From: a virus
Taxonomy: Duplodnaviria; Caudoviricetes
IMG/VR virus record: IMGVR_UViG_3300034106_005441
Coordinates: 577-64,576 of that record
Direction: 5' to 3' (one strand)
Length of the DNA stretch: 64,000 nt
Part shown: in pieces, positions 19,401 to 27,665 of the stretch
Position numbering within the stretch: the first letter of the stretch is position 1
Layout: every line of letters begins with the position of its first letter
Made by a program: the position numbers and the translations under genes
The notes under the pieces: generated by a model
What the model saw: only the letters and a program-made list of their open reading frames with translations
Told to the model about the DNA's origin: nothing
The model's database searches: none

Positions 19401-20002
19401 TAGTTATTTTCATCATCCGGCTCATCGACGAAGTAAGTCGTGTTGGGCGCGTTGTCGTCGTCAGCCTCAGCCGGCTTGATCAGCGACGGCACGAGGTCCG
19501 ATGCGAAACCAACTACTTCCGTCCACAGTTCGACTTCGAGGCAATCACCTTCTTGGTCGACAACGGTGCGCAGGTAAACTACGTCGCCGGCTTTTACGTC
19601 GCGGTCGAGGAAGTCGCTGCTGCGGGGATAAGCAGATGTGTTGGACTTGAAGGAAAGGTCGTCCGACTGAATCCAGTTAAATTTGCCCTCCACCGTAGTG
19701 ATGCGGGTGTAAGTGCTCTGGAGGTCGTGCTCAAAATACTTGAGCAGCGCGTCGTCCATGTAAACCTTCGCGTAGGCGAGGTCGACGATCGAGCCCGGCT
19801 TCCGCTGCGGCCAGCCGTAGCACACGTCGTTAAGACGGTCATACTGACCGAGAAGAATCGTCTTCTTCTCGTCGCGGTCGCTATAGCGGTGAAGAATGGC
19901 GTGCGGGCCGGCGATGTGGGCGCGAAGCGGTTCCGTGATCTCCGTGGGAACGATACGGAACTCTTGGAAGACTAAGACTTGTGGTTTTACGTAACTAGAC
20001 AT
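16445..20002 (-). CDS. Tail sheath protein with inserted domains
   Basis: 1185 aa; the C-terminus has sheath features (YLASALAGLVSG..PHQPLTN, QLNRMAEAGVWIV, REEMIRRNVD, VPAPLNNIELHLVV); followed by the tube gene. Confidence 0.85.
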   Translation of the reverse strand: MSSYVKPQVLVFQEFRIVPTEITEPLRAHIAGPHAILHRYSDRDEKKTILLGQYDRLNDVCYGWPQRKPGSIVDLAYAKVYMDDALLKYFEHDLQSTYTRITTVEGKFNWIQSDDLSFKSNTSAYPRSSDFLDRDVKAGDVVYLRTVVDQEGDCLEVELWTEVVGFASDLVPSLIKPAEADDDNAPNTTYFVDEPDDENNYLQVAGKVNCVKMIEVDGSDYSGIQSGDIEEEYTIQVIKSTISGCNAARLRVRSASSRDNVEEVQPADFNEWTNIGTRGLKVKFNITDVEGCLESAAANEVVYDNFVTGQKWVVNVRQEFNATEVDSAADGLFEVQPDGDIAGAYNGAKNDVYIVEVTKGGTFDGVEDGDLVGFPEITVRTVKGLDFSGPTEVVENGGEVGIGTNGVKVVIKAPGKVESIDLDNGGSTYSAPPTVVLSAPDDPTGVQATATCTLSGSSVNSITVTNAGSGYFNPPSVTFTGGGGTGAAAQAFIDAKLRKGDKFYVAVVSSKAGPVRKLILRDDLPSEMRDTYVRAATVKTPVRVVADEQTTLSGLQTIDGVTLVSGNRVLCVNQTDKTQNGVYVVPVAAGTPAVVGAWTRAADSDTTQELVKNIYYGVTAGDTYAASGWVLTNSGSVLVGTTPINFQRDDAANTERYVPLDLKLFIKDNIEISRVRPEANQLTNFWFEDTQVCIQEGITAYHPEWTSAGAEQPLPIEKGKVYSEYREFLAELADEVNSISDVADLDDIAGQLHPDNPLKWGVYKALSNSNGTVVKYTAVAHPVEYHPENYRVTGPDLDSWVQVLERIKGRDDMYNLIPLTYDRLVQNLWAAHIGGESNEIANNWKAGFFSLKAEPKQLVVGQNALIGGVLGNVMEDEMLATLKDDPNATGSQFTLLQVPTGTNFASGYFITNDVRPGDIVRYNFSVDQFGEEQYEEYVVDQVLSENSLLLYTGADAVVTVPQRFEIWHNRNRNEIAEDLAQQAGSLSNRRVCAVWPDQIGEAGITQPGYYLASALAGLVSGVVPHQPLTNVEVAGFDDFTRSYKYFNETQLNRMAEAGVWIVTEDRDGTPHTRHALTTDNLDLNRREEMIRRNVDSMSYLFLRRLRPFIGRTNVQPGMLRRLKFEVETIIKFLSNNGYTEELGSQLISGEVRKLQVHPLLRDRIEIVLDLVVPAPLNNIELHLVV

Positions 20003-20054
20003 ACGAAGGCCTCCGTGCCTCAGTTATTTGTGTGCGTGTCCGTGCATAGCGAGT

Positions 20055-20062
20055 AGTATACA
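20055..20062 (-). promoter_or_regulatory. Candidate -10 element (TGTATACT) upstream of the sheath gene
   Basis: Similar (T/G)GTATA(C/A)T boxes lie upstream of other genes at 22279, 27159 and 56266. Confidence 0.45.
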
Positions 20063-20097
20063 CAACAACTCGTGCAACAAAAAAACACCTTGTTAAA

Positions 20098-20820
20098 TTA
20101 ACCGGACAACAAATCTGATGCCTTGAAGACAATCCGCTTGAGGCGCGGCGCGAGGGGCTGAAGCGACCAAGCTTCTTCGGCCACATACGCTACAGTGACT
20201 GGGACGGCATAGCCCTGAGTCACTTCTTGCACTTCTCCAACACCGCCGACCTCTGAGACGTAGAACTTAAAAAAGTTCATCTGCTCTCGAATCAGCGGCG
20301 AGAAAAGTATTAAAAACTTAACAACCTCCGTTGCTAAAAATTCGGTTTCGGCGCCGTTTTGGGACAGACAAAATAAAGTGTGGCTGCCGTCCCAAAACCC
20401 CGAGTAACTTACCTCACCAGTATAGTAGTTTGTTTCAGCCCTGTCACCAACTACTTTAGAATTCCACTTCCAACCATTTCTTTTAATTAGAACGGCCGGT
20501 CGTTTGTCGGCTGTGTTGGGCGCCCATCTAGTAATACTTTCTATCAAAATGCCGCCCGGATTCAAACCACTATCCGGTTCTTTCCAACCGCCAATTTCTT
20601 TAATGTGTCGGCGGACTTTGGGGTCTTCGATGTTTTGTGGGTCGGAGAAATGGCCGATGAGTAATTGGCGCAAGAAACCGGTCATTACATGCGGCCGCAT
20701 GCCATAAGAGCAAAGAGCGCTTACCTTTTCGACGCGGTTCTCTGCCGCCGTGCCGGCAGGAAATTCGCCCTCTAGGTGATCGTCTTGGCTTTCATTGTTA
20801 GTTTGCGGGCAGTCAGCCAT
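20098..20820 (-). CDS. Putative tail completion/terminator protein
   Basis: 240 aa between the neck and sheath genes; KRPAVLIKR motif. Confidence 0.55.
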   Translation of the reverse strand: MADCPQTNNESQDDHLEGEFPAGTAAENRVEKVSALCSYGMRPHVMTGFLRQLLIGHFSDPQNIEDPKVRRHIKEIGGWKEPDSGLNPGGILIESITRWAPNTADKRPAVLIKRNGWKWNSKVVGDRAETNYYTGEVSYSGFWDGSHTLFCLSQNGAETEFLATEVVKFLILFSPLIREQMNFFKFYVSEVGGVGEVQEVTQGYAVPVTVAYVAEEAWSLQPLAPRLKRIVFKASDLLSG

Positions 20821-20950
20821 TGGTGTCGTCCTTTGTTTCAGGCCAGAATTTTAACTTTTCTGTTGTCTTTTGCTCGGCTTTGTTGCGCAGAGTGACTGTT
20901 GGCCGCATTTTAATTTTTTGCCCGTACAGTGATATCTTTTTACCCAACAT
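20813..20950 (-). CDS. Small basic hypothetical protein (45 aa)
   Basis: Below the ORF-track cutoff; MLGKKISLYGQKIKMRPTV...DDTNG fills the gap and its stop overlaps the next start. Confidence 0.45.
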   Translation of the reverse strand: MLGKKISLYGQKIKMRPTVTLRNKAEQKTTEKLKFWPETKDDTNG

Positions 20951-20961
20951 AGCTTGTCGTT

Positions 20962-22272
20962 TCATATTTTCCAGAAATCCTCGTCGGGGTCGATTTGCGG
21001 CTGTACCGTATACACCACACCGCTTTCTGGCGTAGACACAAAATTGTCATCCTCTGTTTTAAGGAACGATGGATCGCCGTCTTCGTTGGTCTCACCGAGC
21101 GGGAACTGCGGCACATAGGTCGGAACCAGTAACTCCGGCGGAATGGTGACAGTGACGTTTTTTGTGTCGGGACCGTATTCTCCTGGCTTTTCGAATAAAA
21201 CAACGTAGTCTCCGGCGTCTAATCGGACAGACCGAGTCCAACGACCGTTGACGCGTGTCGTCGTTTTCGCGAGCGCCAGCGTTCTGTTTACATTTAACCC
21301 TCCGGCGTCAAAAACGACTTTTCTAAATACGTATACGTCTGCCCCGACGACACCGCACCCGCCGGCTAAAGTGTAAGCCAGTTCATCTTGGCCGCCGTAA
21401 TCGTGATCTACGGGAATTGCGCCGCACCCCAGCATTGGAAGAGCGGGTCCCGTTCGGGTCGACGGCTCTCCGCCAATTTCAACAGCATAGATGGTGTTAC
21501 TAAATGGAATTAATCCCATGCGCACTTGATAGACAATCGGCACGCCGCGTAAAGCCGCCGCTACTTGAATGGTTTCGACTACCCAGCGTTCGTCTGAGGA
21601 ACCGTTAACCCAGATGTCGTCTTTATTGAGCCCGGGAAAACCGATTACGCGCGCGTCTACATACGGGTTCTCGCGCGTGGTGCCCTTCGGCTCGCCGACG
21701 TCGCTCTGCTCGTTCTGCGGCGACAAGTCCCAGCACTGCATCGCCTGCGCGGGGTGGTAGCCGACTTCAAAGCCGGTGCCATTGCAGACCGGGCAATTGG
21801 CGTCTGTTACTTCGCTCGACAACTCATCTCGGCACCTCGGGCACGGCACCCCATAACGCATTGGTTTAATAAGGTAGCCGGGAATAGACACCAGTTTATG
21901 GCGCAGTTCTTCTTTCCGGATAATCTCGCGCGCTAACGTCCAATCTCGCGTTGTTAACTCGCCGAAGACGTTGGCGGCCTGAGATACGTATACATTTTGC
22001 GGAGTTGTTAATTTGACGCGATAATGCGTCATTAACGTATAGCCCGCTTCGCGCCACGCCGAGTCGTAAGCGAAATAACCGTTTGTAACTGGCGCGCCTA
22101 CGTCTACCCAGTCAGTAGCGTCGCGCAGCCCGGTCCGGCCGAACTGTAGTTGAAATACGTACGGTCCCGGTTCTTTAAACAGTTTCTCTAACTGCCACCA
22201 GACGCGGGAAACGCCGCGTACCATGTGGTCTACAGATACACGGCGAAACGGGAAAATGCGTGCTTGGCTCAT
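20962..22272 (-). CDS. Putative neck/head-closure protein with Zn finger
   Basis: CPRC...CPVCNGTGFEVGY motif; located between the head and tail genes. Confidence 0.55.
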   Translation of the reverse strand: MSQARIFPFRRVSVDHMVRGVSRVWWQLEKLFKEPGPYVFQLQFGRTGLRDATDWVDVGAPVTNGYFAYDSAWREAGYTLMTHYRVKLTTPQNVYVSQAANVFGELTTRDWTLAREIIRKEELRHKLVSIPGYLIKPMRYGVPCPRCRDELSSEVTDANCPVCNGTGFEVGYHPAQAMQCWDLSPQNEQSDVGEPKGTTRENPYVDARVIGFPGLNKDDIWVNGSSDERWVVETIQVAAALRGVPIVYQVRMGLIPFSNTIYAVEIGGEPSTRTGPALPMLGCGAIPVDHDYGGQDELAYTLAGGCGVVGADVYVFRKVVFDAGGLNVNRTLALAKTTTRVNGRWTRSVRLDAGDYVVLFEKPGEYGPDTKNVTVTIPPELLVPTYVPQFPLGETNEDGDPSFLKTEDDNFVSTPESGVVYTVQPQIDPDEDFWKI

Positions 22273-22295
22273 AGGCTGATTATACCTCGACCGCT

Positions 22296-22346
22296 GATAG
22301 CTAAAAAAAGGGCCCGGGGGAGAGTCGCGATGCTCTCCCCCGGGCC
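22296..22346 (-). terminator. Intrinsic terminator with T7-AGCTATC tail
   Basis: GGCCCGGGGGAGAG...CTCTCCCCCGGGCC stem followed by CTTTTTTTAGCTATC on the minus strand. Confidence 0.8.
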
Positions 22347-22349
22347 GTC

Positions 22350-22850
22350 CCCCAAAGTAACCCGTTCACACCGGGTTCACACTACTTCGGGCTCGTTGTT
22401 CACCGGCCATGACGGTAACACCACTATATCAACCCAAGGGTTGAAAGGGGGTACAACGAGAAAACGTGTTCGCAAAAGGTTGGCTGTGCGAACGTGACGT
22501 ATATTGAAGCGGCACCCAGATTTACGGCCTGCGAACTCACCAACCGGAGTTTCGCCAACCTACGATCCGGGAAACACAGTGCATTACTAGTCGCCACCAT
22601 ATCGGCGTTTCGGTTGCCCGACGTCCCGACTCGGTACGACGTTCGTGCTAAGGGTGCTGTTACCAATCGCCCCGAAGTTGCCTACATCGACGAGATATAG
22701 ACTTTTTGTCCACGGGCTTCACTTACGAAAGCCTGTATTCCGTTCGGACCTTTCAATTATTGCCCCCAAAAACGCCGACGGAACAAGCGACGTTTCTGGG
22801 AGCGTTATCGGCCAGTATTAAGGAAACGGCATCATTGCCTCCTTTCAGGC
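22350..22850 (-). ncRNA. Candidate large structured non-coding RNA
   Basis: About 500 nt with no convincing ORF in a gene-dense genome; several short hairpins; ends at a strong terminator. Confidence 0.35.
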
Positions 22851-22856
22851 GCCACT

Positions 22857-24278
22857 TCATCGCATCTTCAAGGCCATGTCAAAGCCTGCGAGCATCCGCG
22901 GCTGGTCTACGCAACCAACCACCATGCTCAACTTTTCGCGCGCTTCCGGCCGCCAATCCGGAAGCACACGCGCTGAAGCCGGCTCGGTCCACCCTCTTTT
23001 GCCGCCATTACTGGTAGCCAAGTTGTGTAGCCAAAGCACGCGGGTTACTGACTTCAGCATCGCGATCGACCCGTACTCGTCGACCGCATCGTGATCGCCC
23101 AGGAAGACAGCGACACGAACCCTGTAACTACTCTGTCCGCTACAAACCTCGCGAAACAGCCGTCTGGCGTCTTGCGGATTTGTCGCGGCCGGCTTCCCGT
23201 TAAACCACGGAATGTACTCCTCAGTGGAGTCCACGCCGCCGTTAAAGTGCGGGAGCACCAGCACGTCGGAGCCCGAAACTCCGGCGTAACCTGCCGCGTT
23301 GGCGAGGTCGCAAGCCACTTGGGCCTGCTCTGCGCAACTCGGCGAGATGTCGGGAAGAAACAAAACCACCGGGCGGCCGGCGACCGTATCTTCCTTGAGC
23401 GCGTTGGGCAGCGGACGGTGGACCACCATACGCTTAACCAACTTCGTGGCACTCAAAACAGGAACAGGACCGAAGGTTTCACCCACGGTTCCGCCCTGCT
23501 CGACTAGCCGATTAATCAGTTCGGCCATCTGATTCCGCAGCTTTTGCGACACACGTTGCAGGCGACCTAAGCCGCGAGAAACTTGCTGTCGTGCGGAAAG
23601 AGACACACCCGACGCTTCGGCTTTCGCGTTAAACGAAACCTGTTTTCGGGCGCGTCTCACTTTACGCTGCGCTATCTGAACCGCCGCAGTTGACGACGGC
23701 TTCTTGCCGGCGCCGTCCGCAGCCTTTACAGCCTCGCGCAATTCCGCCTTTGCGGCGTTAAGCGCTTGCTGCTCTGGCGTCGGCTGCGGTTCCGCAACAG
23801 TGGCTTTTTGGGCCGGCTGCGTTTGACCAGAGCCAGCACCGGAACCAGAACCAGACGCAGGACCGGTCGTCTGCGTTTGGTCACCAGAATCCTGCTGCTG
23901 TCCCGGTTGCTGCTGCTGTTGACCCTGCTGCTGTTGACCCTGCTGCTGCGCATCATCGCCGTCAGCTTTCTGCCCAGCCGCCGACCCCTTTTCGGCGGCG
24001 AGGATGTCGCGCAGTTCGGCGTTCGGGCCGTACTGCCGAACCCACCTATCCACGCGCTGTCGAACATTGGAAACAGACTCGCCGGCTCGCCGACAATCGC
24101 GGCACTTGCACGAGTTTAACAGGCCTCCCGTGCCGGCGACCGAAGCCCGACGCCAGTTTGGGTTTCCCGACACATGCGCCGCCAGGTCGCCGAGAACTCC
24201 CAGATCACGACCGATATGTTCACTGCCGCGAGCGGCGGCACTGAACATCTTCTGCAGTTGCCGCAACGTCAACGGCAT
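22857..24278 (-). CDS. VWA/MIDAS-domain protein (MoxR partner)
   Basis: FLPDISPS (DxSxS MIDAS motif) and VFLGDHD; Gln-rich linker; start moved to ATG 24278 because of an AAGGAG RBS. Confidence 0.65.
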   Translation of the reverse strand: MPLTLRQLQKMFSAAARGSEHIGRDLGVLGDLAAHVSGNPNWRRASVAGTGGLLNSCKCRDCRRAGESVSNVRQRVDRWVRQYGPNAELRDILAAEKGSAAGQKADGDDAQQQGQQQQGQQQQQPGQQQDSGDQTQTTGPASGSGSGAGSGQTQPAQKATVAEPQPTPEQQALNAAKAELREAVKAADGAGKKPSSTAAVQIAQRKVRRARKQVSFNAKAEASGVSLSARQQVSRGLGRLQRVSQKLRNQMAELINRLVEQGGTVGETFGPVPVLSATKLVKRMVVHRPLPNALKEDTVAGRPVVLFLPDISPSCAEQAQVACDLANAAGYAGVSGSDVLVLPHFNGGVDSTEEYIPWFNGKPAATNPQDARRLFREVCSGQSSYRVRVAVFLGDHDAVDEYGSIAMLKSVTRVLWLHNLATSNGGKRGWTEPASARVLPDWRPEAREKLSMVVGCVDQPRMLAGFDMALKMR

Positions 24279-24309
24279 TGCCAACTCCTTTCTTGTGGCG
24301 TTAATGAAA

Positions 24310-24343
24310 GGGGGCCCGACTCTCGCCACAGAGTCGGGCCCCC
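24310..24343 (-). terminator. GC-rich hairpin between the AAA and VWA genes
   Basis: gggggcccgactc-tcgccaca-gagtcgggccccc, a 13-bp stem with only a short T tail; may be an attenuator or mRNA-stabilising hairpin. Confidence 0.5.
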
Positions 24344-24349
24344 GTTAAC

Positions 24350-25174
24350 TCAACGGCGTTTGAACTCGCCGAAGAGGACAGAGCCGGGGCCACGGACCTC
24401 GCGGTCGATGGCCTGCCGGTCCTTCGCGGCCTTCACAAGGAAGGCGTCGATCAGTGCGTCGGTGTCCTCCGCCGACGCAACCAAGTCTCGCGCTTTCAGG
24501 AGTTCACGCAACTCCTGCAAGCTCGGCTTGGACTCGCCCTTGGCGCGAATGGCGTTGGCCATGCGCACCACCAACCGACATGCCGGCGCCGAGGCGCCAG
24601 TGTTCTTACGGAGCACGTCGCACTCGACGTTCTCCGGCAAGAACTCCATCGTGACACGGAAGCAGCGGCGCTTCACGGCTTCCGGAATATCACCCTCTTC
24701 GTTCGCCGTGAGGACGACGAACATCCGCTTGAGGTCGGCCTGATGCATGTGATGGCGCGCATCAGGAACCCGGCCGTTCTGGAGAAAGTCCAGAATGAGC
24801 GGATAGAATCGACTGCCTGCCTTCTCCACCTCGTCGATTGTTACAACGACGTCGTGGTGCTTCGTGGCCTTTACAGCCCGAAGAAGCTGGCCGTCCATGT
24901 AAGCCTCGTCGGCGTGGCTGACGCCAACGGCGACCTTGCCGACGTCGACGCCCTGATTGACCTCCTCATTGGTCAACCACGGGTGGCAGGGGATGAAATA
25001 ATGCATCGCCTCCCTGCCGCGGGCGAAGCAATCGGCGAAGAACGTCTTGCCGGTGCCGGGAGAACCGACCAGCAAGACCGCCCGCATCGTCGTCGTGATT
25101 GACGCCAGCCACTTCGCGGCCAACGTTTCGCCGCGGCGGGCATGGTAACCGGGGAGCAGCGTTTCAACAGACAT
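24350..25174 (-). CDS. MoxR-like AAA+ ATPase
   Basis: Walker A GSPGTGKT, Walker B VVTIDE, sensor TAN, arginine finger AVKRRC; start moved to ATG 25174 (AGGAG RBS). Confidence 0.85.
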   Translation of the reverse strand: MSVETLLPGYHARRGETLAAKWLASITTTMRAVLLVGSPGTGKTFFADCFARGREAMHYFIPCHPWLTNEEVNQGVDVGKVAVGVSHADEAYMDGQLLRAVKATKHHDVVVTIDEVEKAGSRFYPLILDFLQNGRVPDARHHMHQADLKRMFVVLTANEEGDIPEAVKRRCFRVTMEFLPENVECDVLRKNTGASAPACRLVVRMANAIRAKGESKPSLQELRELLKARDLVASAEDTDALIDAFLVKAAKDRQAIDREVRGPGSVLFGEFKRR

Positions 25175-25214
25175 GCCAGACTCCTGTGCAGGAATAGAAA
25201 AACCGGACACAGTA

Positions 25215-25243
25215 AATATGCCGCGATTTGGCTATTTATTTAG
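25215..25243 (-). promoter_or_regulatory. Phage promoter candidate CTAAAT-N15-GGCATATT (copy 1)
   Basis: Identical boxes and spacing at 25938-25966. Confidence 0.65.
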
Positions 25244-25252
25244 CCGAACGCC

Positions 25253-25293
25253 GATAGCTAAAAAAACGTCATCCAGCCGAAGCTGGAGTGACG
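25253..25293 (-). terminator. Intrinsic terminator with UUCG loop and T7-AGCTATC tail
   Basis: CGTCACTCCAGC-TTCG-GCTGGATGACG-TTTTTTTAGCTATC on the minus strand. Confidence 0.75.
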
Positions 25294-25326
25294 TTTCCAA
25301 AACGATTAAACGTTTTGCGGCAGGGC

Positions 25327-25857
25327 TTAGTTCACGCTGGGCTGCCACTTGTGCAGCTTGCCAGTGGTCGGCTGAGTCTCGGGGGCCTGCTTCTTCTGCG
25401 CAGCGAAGGCTTTCACCTTTGCCTTGGCGGCCTCAGCAGCGGCCTCCTCCTCGGCGCGCTCCTTCTCGATCTTCAACCCCTCCTCGAACATCTGCTCGGC
25501 GATGTAGTCGAAGTCGATGGAGTGCATGAACCCCTTGGCCATGCTCTCGACGAAGTTCATCGAGGTGGACATTTCCACGGCCGCCTTCTTCTGCTCCTCG
25601 TCGCCCTCGTTGGCGATCTGCATGAGGGCGACAATCTCGTTGAGCACGGTCGCGATGGAGTTGCCGACGACGCTCACGACCCAGATGGTCAGTGCCTTGC
25701 AGGCGGCCGCCCTGTGCTCGTCGTCCCACTCCGAAAGCCCCAGCTGCTTGAGCGCTTTCCTGTTCGCCGAGTAGGGGTGGGCGTCGAACGGTAGCTCCGA
25801 GGCTTTGCGCCGGAAGTTCTCCAGTACGTTCTGAGTCGCTTCGTTAACTTCCTTCAT
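25327..25857 (-). CDS. Hypothetical protein (island gene)
   Basis: Start moved to ATG 25857 (AGGAG RBS); helical and charged; strongly G/C-ending codons. Confidence 0.7.
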   Translation of the reverse strand: MKEVNEATQNVLENFRRKASELPFDAHPYSANRKALKQLGLSEWDDEHRAAACKALTIWVVSVVGNSIATVLNEIVALMQIANEGDEEQKKAAVEMSTSMNFVESMAKGFMHSIDFDYIAEQMFEEGLKIEKERAEEEAAAEAAKAKVKAFAAQKKQAPETQPTTGKLHKWQPSVN

Positions 25858-25937
25858 GACTGCTGCTCCTAGCCACAAAACGGCCGCCACGAACAAACGA
25901 GTCGTGGGGCAGCGCCGATAAGTAAACGGCACTACCT

Positions 25938-25966
25938 AATATGCCCGTTTTTGCCGCTAGATTTAG
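25938..25966 (-). promoter_or_regulatory. Phage promoter candidate CTAAAT-N15-GGCATATT (copy 2)
   Basis: Identical boxes and spacing at 25215-25243. Confidence 0.65.
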
Positions 25967-26116
25967 GGTGCGACAAAACCTAGGTCGAAAAAATTAAGTA
26001 CCTAGGTTTTGTCGCACCGTCGCAATTCGCGAATTGCGAAAGTGCCTGCCAGTAAAGGACTTACGACAAAAAAGATATTCCATTTGCCGTAAGTTCTGTG
26101 TTCTCAGGCACTTACG
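25967..26116. repeat. Cluster of inverted repeats and palindromes
   Basis: 19-bp perfect inverted repeat (25967-25985 and 26000-26018), 20-bp perfect palindrome (26020-26039), and two CG(T/A)AAGT-N15-ACTTACG sites (26037-26065, 26088-26116). Confidence 0.85.
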
Positions 26117-26148
26117 TCAAATTTTCCATTTTCCAGAACGAGACGCTA

Positions 26149-27138
26149 TCAGTACCGCAGCCGAATGGCGTCGGTGTAGGCACTGTACTTGTAGTTAGAC
26201 GTAACCTCGCCGTAGCAGCTTTCGAGGTTTATGCTGGCCTTAGTAGCGCGCACCCACTCTCGATAAGCTTGCCACCGCGCTTGGCCGGCCCGCTCGTAGC
26301 TGCCTTCTTTGTTCTGGTCGTCTACGGCAATTCCCCCTGCTTGATATGAAAGCTGATTGCGGCGGAACTGCTCAGCTACCATGAGAAACAGATTGGCGCA
26401 GATACCTTCCAGCCAATGATATCTAAACGGGAAGTTCTGGGTGTTGTAATTGCGGCCCAGTGGCGGCGGCACTTCATTCCAGTACATAACAGGGCGCGCG
26501 ATGGCTAAGGCAATCTCCGCGTCGTCGAACATCAAGTTTTCAAGCAAATAGCTTTCGCCCGGTGCGGAATCACGGAGATGGAGCCGGATTTCAGCGATAC
26601 TGGGCGGGCCACCGTTTCGGCCGTCGTTGCCCAGCGTGCCGCGATTAATGATCAGGTAGAACGTGTTCGAAAAAATGATGCACGGTTGCTCGGCTTCTTC
26701 GGCCGGCACGTTGATCAGGGCCATCTCAGCGTAATATATGCCGGGGATACCCACCATCTGTTTTGTCAGCGCGACATGTACGCGACCTTCTGTGGGGCCT
26801 GTGACCGTCGCATTGACCTGCTGGACGGGTTTGGCGTTCCCCAGCGATATCTGCTCTTTGATACGCAGAACGACTTTATAGGGCAACTCATCGCACGCAG
26901 ACATGTTTACAGGCACGCCGTCACGGTCGACCATTTGCCAGTCAATCGTCGCGCACTGACCCTGCCCGATCGAGATGGCCTTCATCCGGCCCAGCAGGGG
27001 CTGACCGTTCTGCTCTGAAATAGGGGCTGTAATAACGTTCTGGCCAGCGCACGCTACCGGGGTCAGAACCTGCGCTGTGTTACGGTTATCGCAGCAGGGG
27101 ACGAGTGGATGAGACGTCGGGGTCGCAATGACAGCCAT
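26149..27138 (-). CDS. Putative head-tail adaptor/neck protein
   Basis: Beta-rich N-domain; C-domain EIRLHLRD...FDDAEIALAI...RNQLSYQAGGIAVDD resembles adaptor proteins; lies downstream of the capsid gene. Confidence 0.55.
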   Translation of the reverse strand: MAVIATPTSHPLVPCCDNRNTAQVLTPVACAGQNVITAPISEQNGQPLLGRMKAISIGQGQCATIDWQMVDRDGVPVNMSACDELPYKVVLRIKEQISLGNAKPVQQVNATVTGPTEGRVHVALTKQMVGIPGIYYAEMALINVPAEEAEQPCIIFSNTFYLIINRGTLGNDGRNGGPPSIAEIRLHLRDSAPGESYLLENLMFDDAEIALAIARPVMYWNEVPPPLGRNYNTQNFPFRYHWLEGICANLFLMVAEQFRRNQLSYQAGGIAVDDQNKEGSYERAGQARWQAYREWVRATKASINLESCYGEVTSNYKYSAYTDAIRLRY

Positions 27139-27170
27139 GTGTATGCTCCGTTTTCATCAGTATACAAACA

Positions 27171-27203
27171 AAAAGGGCTGACCGATAAACGGCCAGCCCT
27201 TTT
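27171..27203. terminator. Bidirectional intrinsic terminator ending the capsid operon
   Basis: aaaagggctgaccg-ataaa-cggccagccctttt. Confidence 0.75.
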
Positions 27204-27228
27204 CGCATTTCAGAAAATCAAAGTTGGA

Positions 27229-27654
27229 TCACGTGGGGCCAGTAGCACCCGTGGCACCAGCAGGACCTGTTGCACCGCCGGGGCCCGTGGCGCCCGTAGC
27301 GCCGGCACTGACGGCAAAACCGCCACCGCCCGCACCCTGCCACGACGGATTCGACGTGCCGACTTGGCTCGACGAATTCATCGCCAGTTCCTTGGTGACG
27401 TTGCCAGTCTCACTGAGCAGGTACACCGAAGGCGACTTCACGATGTCGAGGAGGTTGTTGGTCAGGGCGCGCTCAAGCGCCTTGAACTTACGCTGGCTGC
27501 GTTGAGCGCCCAGCTTGGTCACAAGGTCGCCGGGAACGGTGTACGTGGCGTTGTTAGCCAGCGTCTTACCGTGGTCCCCGAGAAACCCAAACGCCATGGT
27601 TTTACCCGAGACGTTTTTTACAGTTGTATAAAGGTCAGAAGAAGTTGTGGGCAT
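27229..27654 (-). CDS. Virion-associated protein with short collagen-like tail
   Basis: C-terminal GATGATGPGGATGPAGATGATGPT (Gly-X-Y repeats). Confidence 0.6.
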   Translation of the reverse strand: MPTTSSDLYTTVKNVSGKTMAFGFLGDHGKTLANNATYTVPGDLVTKLGAQRSQRKFKALERALTNNLLDIVKSPSVYLLSETGNVTKELAMNSSSQVGTSNPSWQGAGGGGFAVSAGATGATGPGGATGPAGATGATGPT

Positions 27655-27665
27655 TGTTCACTCCA

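Noticed and set aside
16781-19975. Long plus-strand ORFs (438 and 598 aa), and others such as 28039-29037
   Set aside because: They are antisense shadows of the sheath and capsid genes, explained by strong codon bias; they show no motifs or RBS
1-22272. Extracellular contractile injection system or T6SS instead of a phage tail
   Set aside because: Linked capsid, protease, neck genes and a tRNA indicate a complete phage
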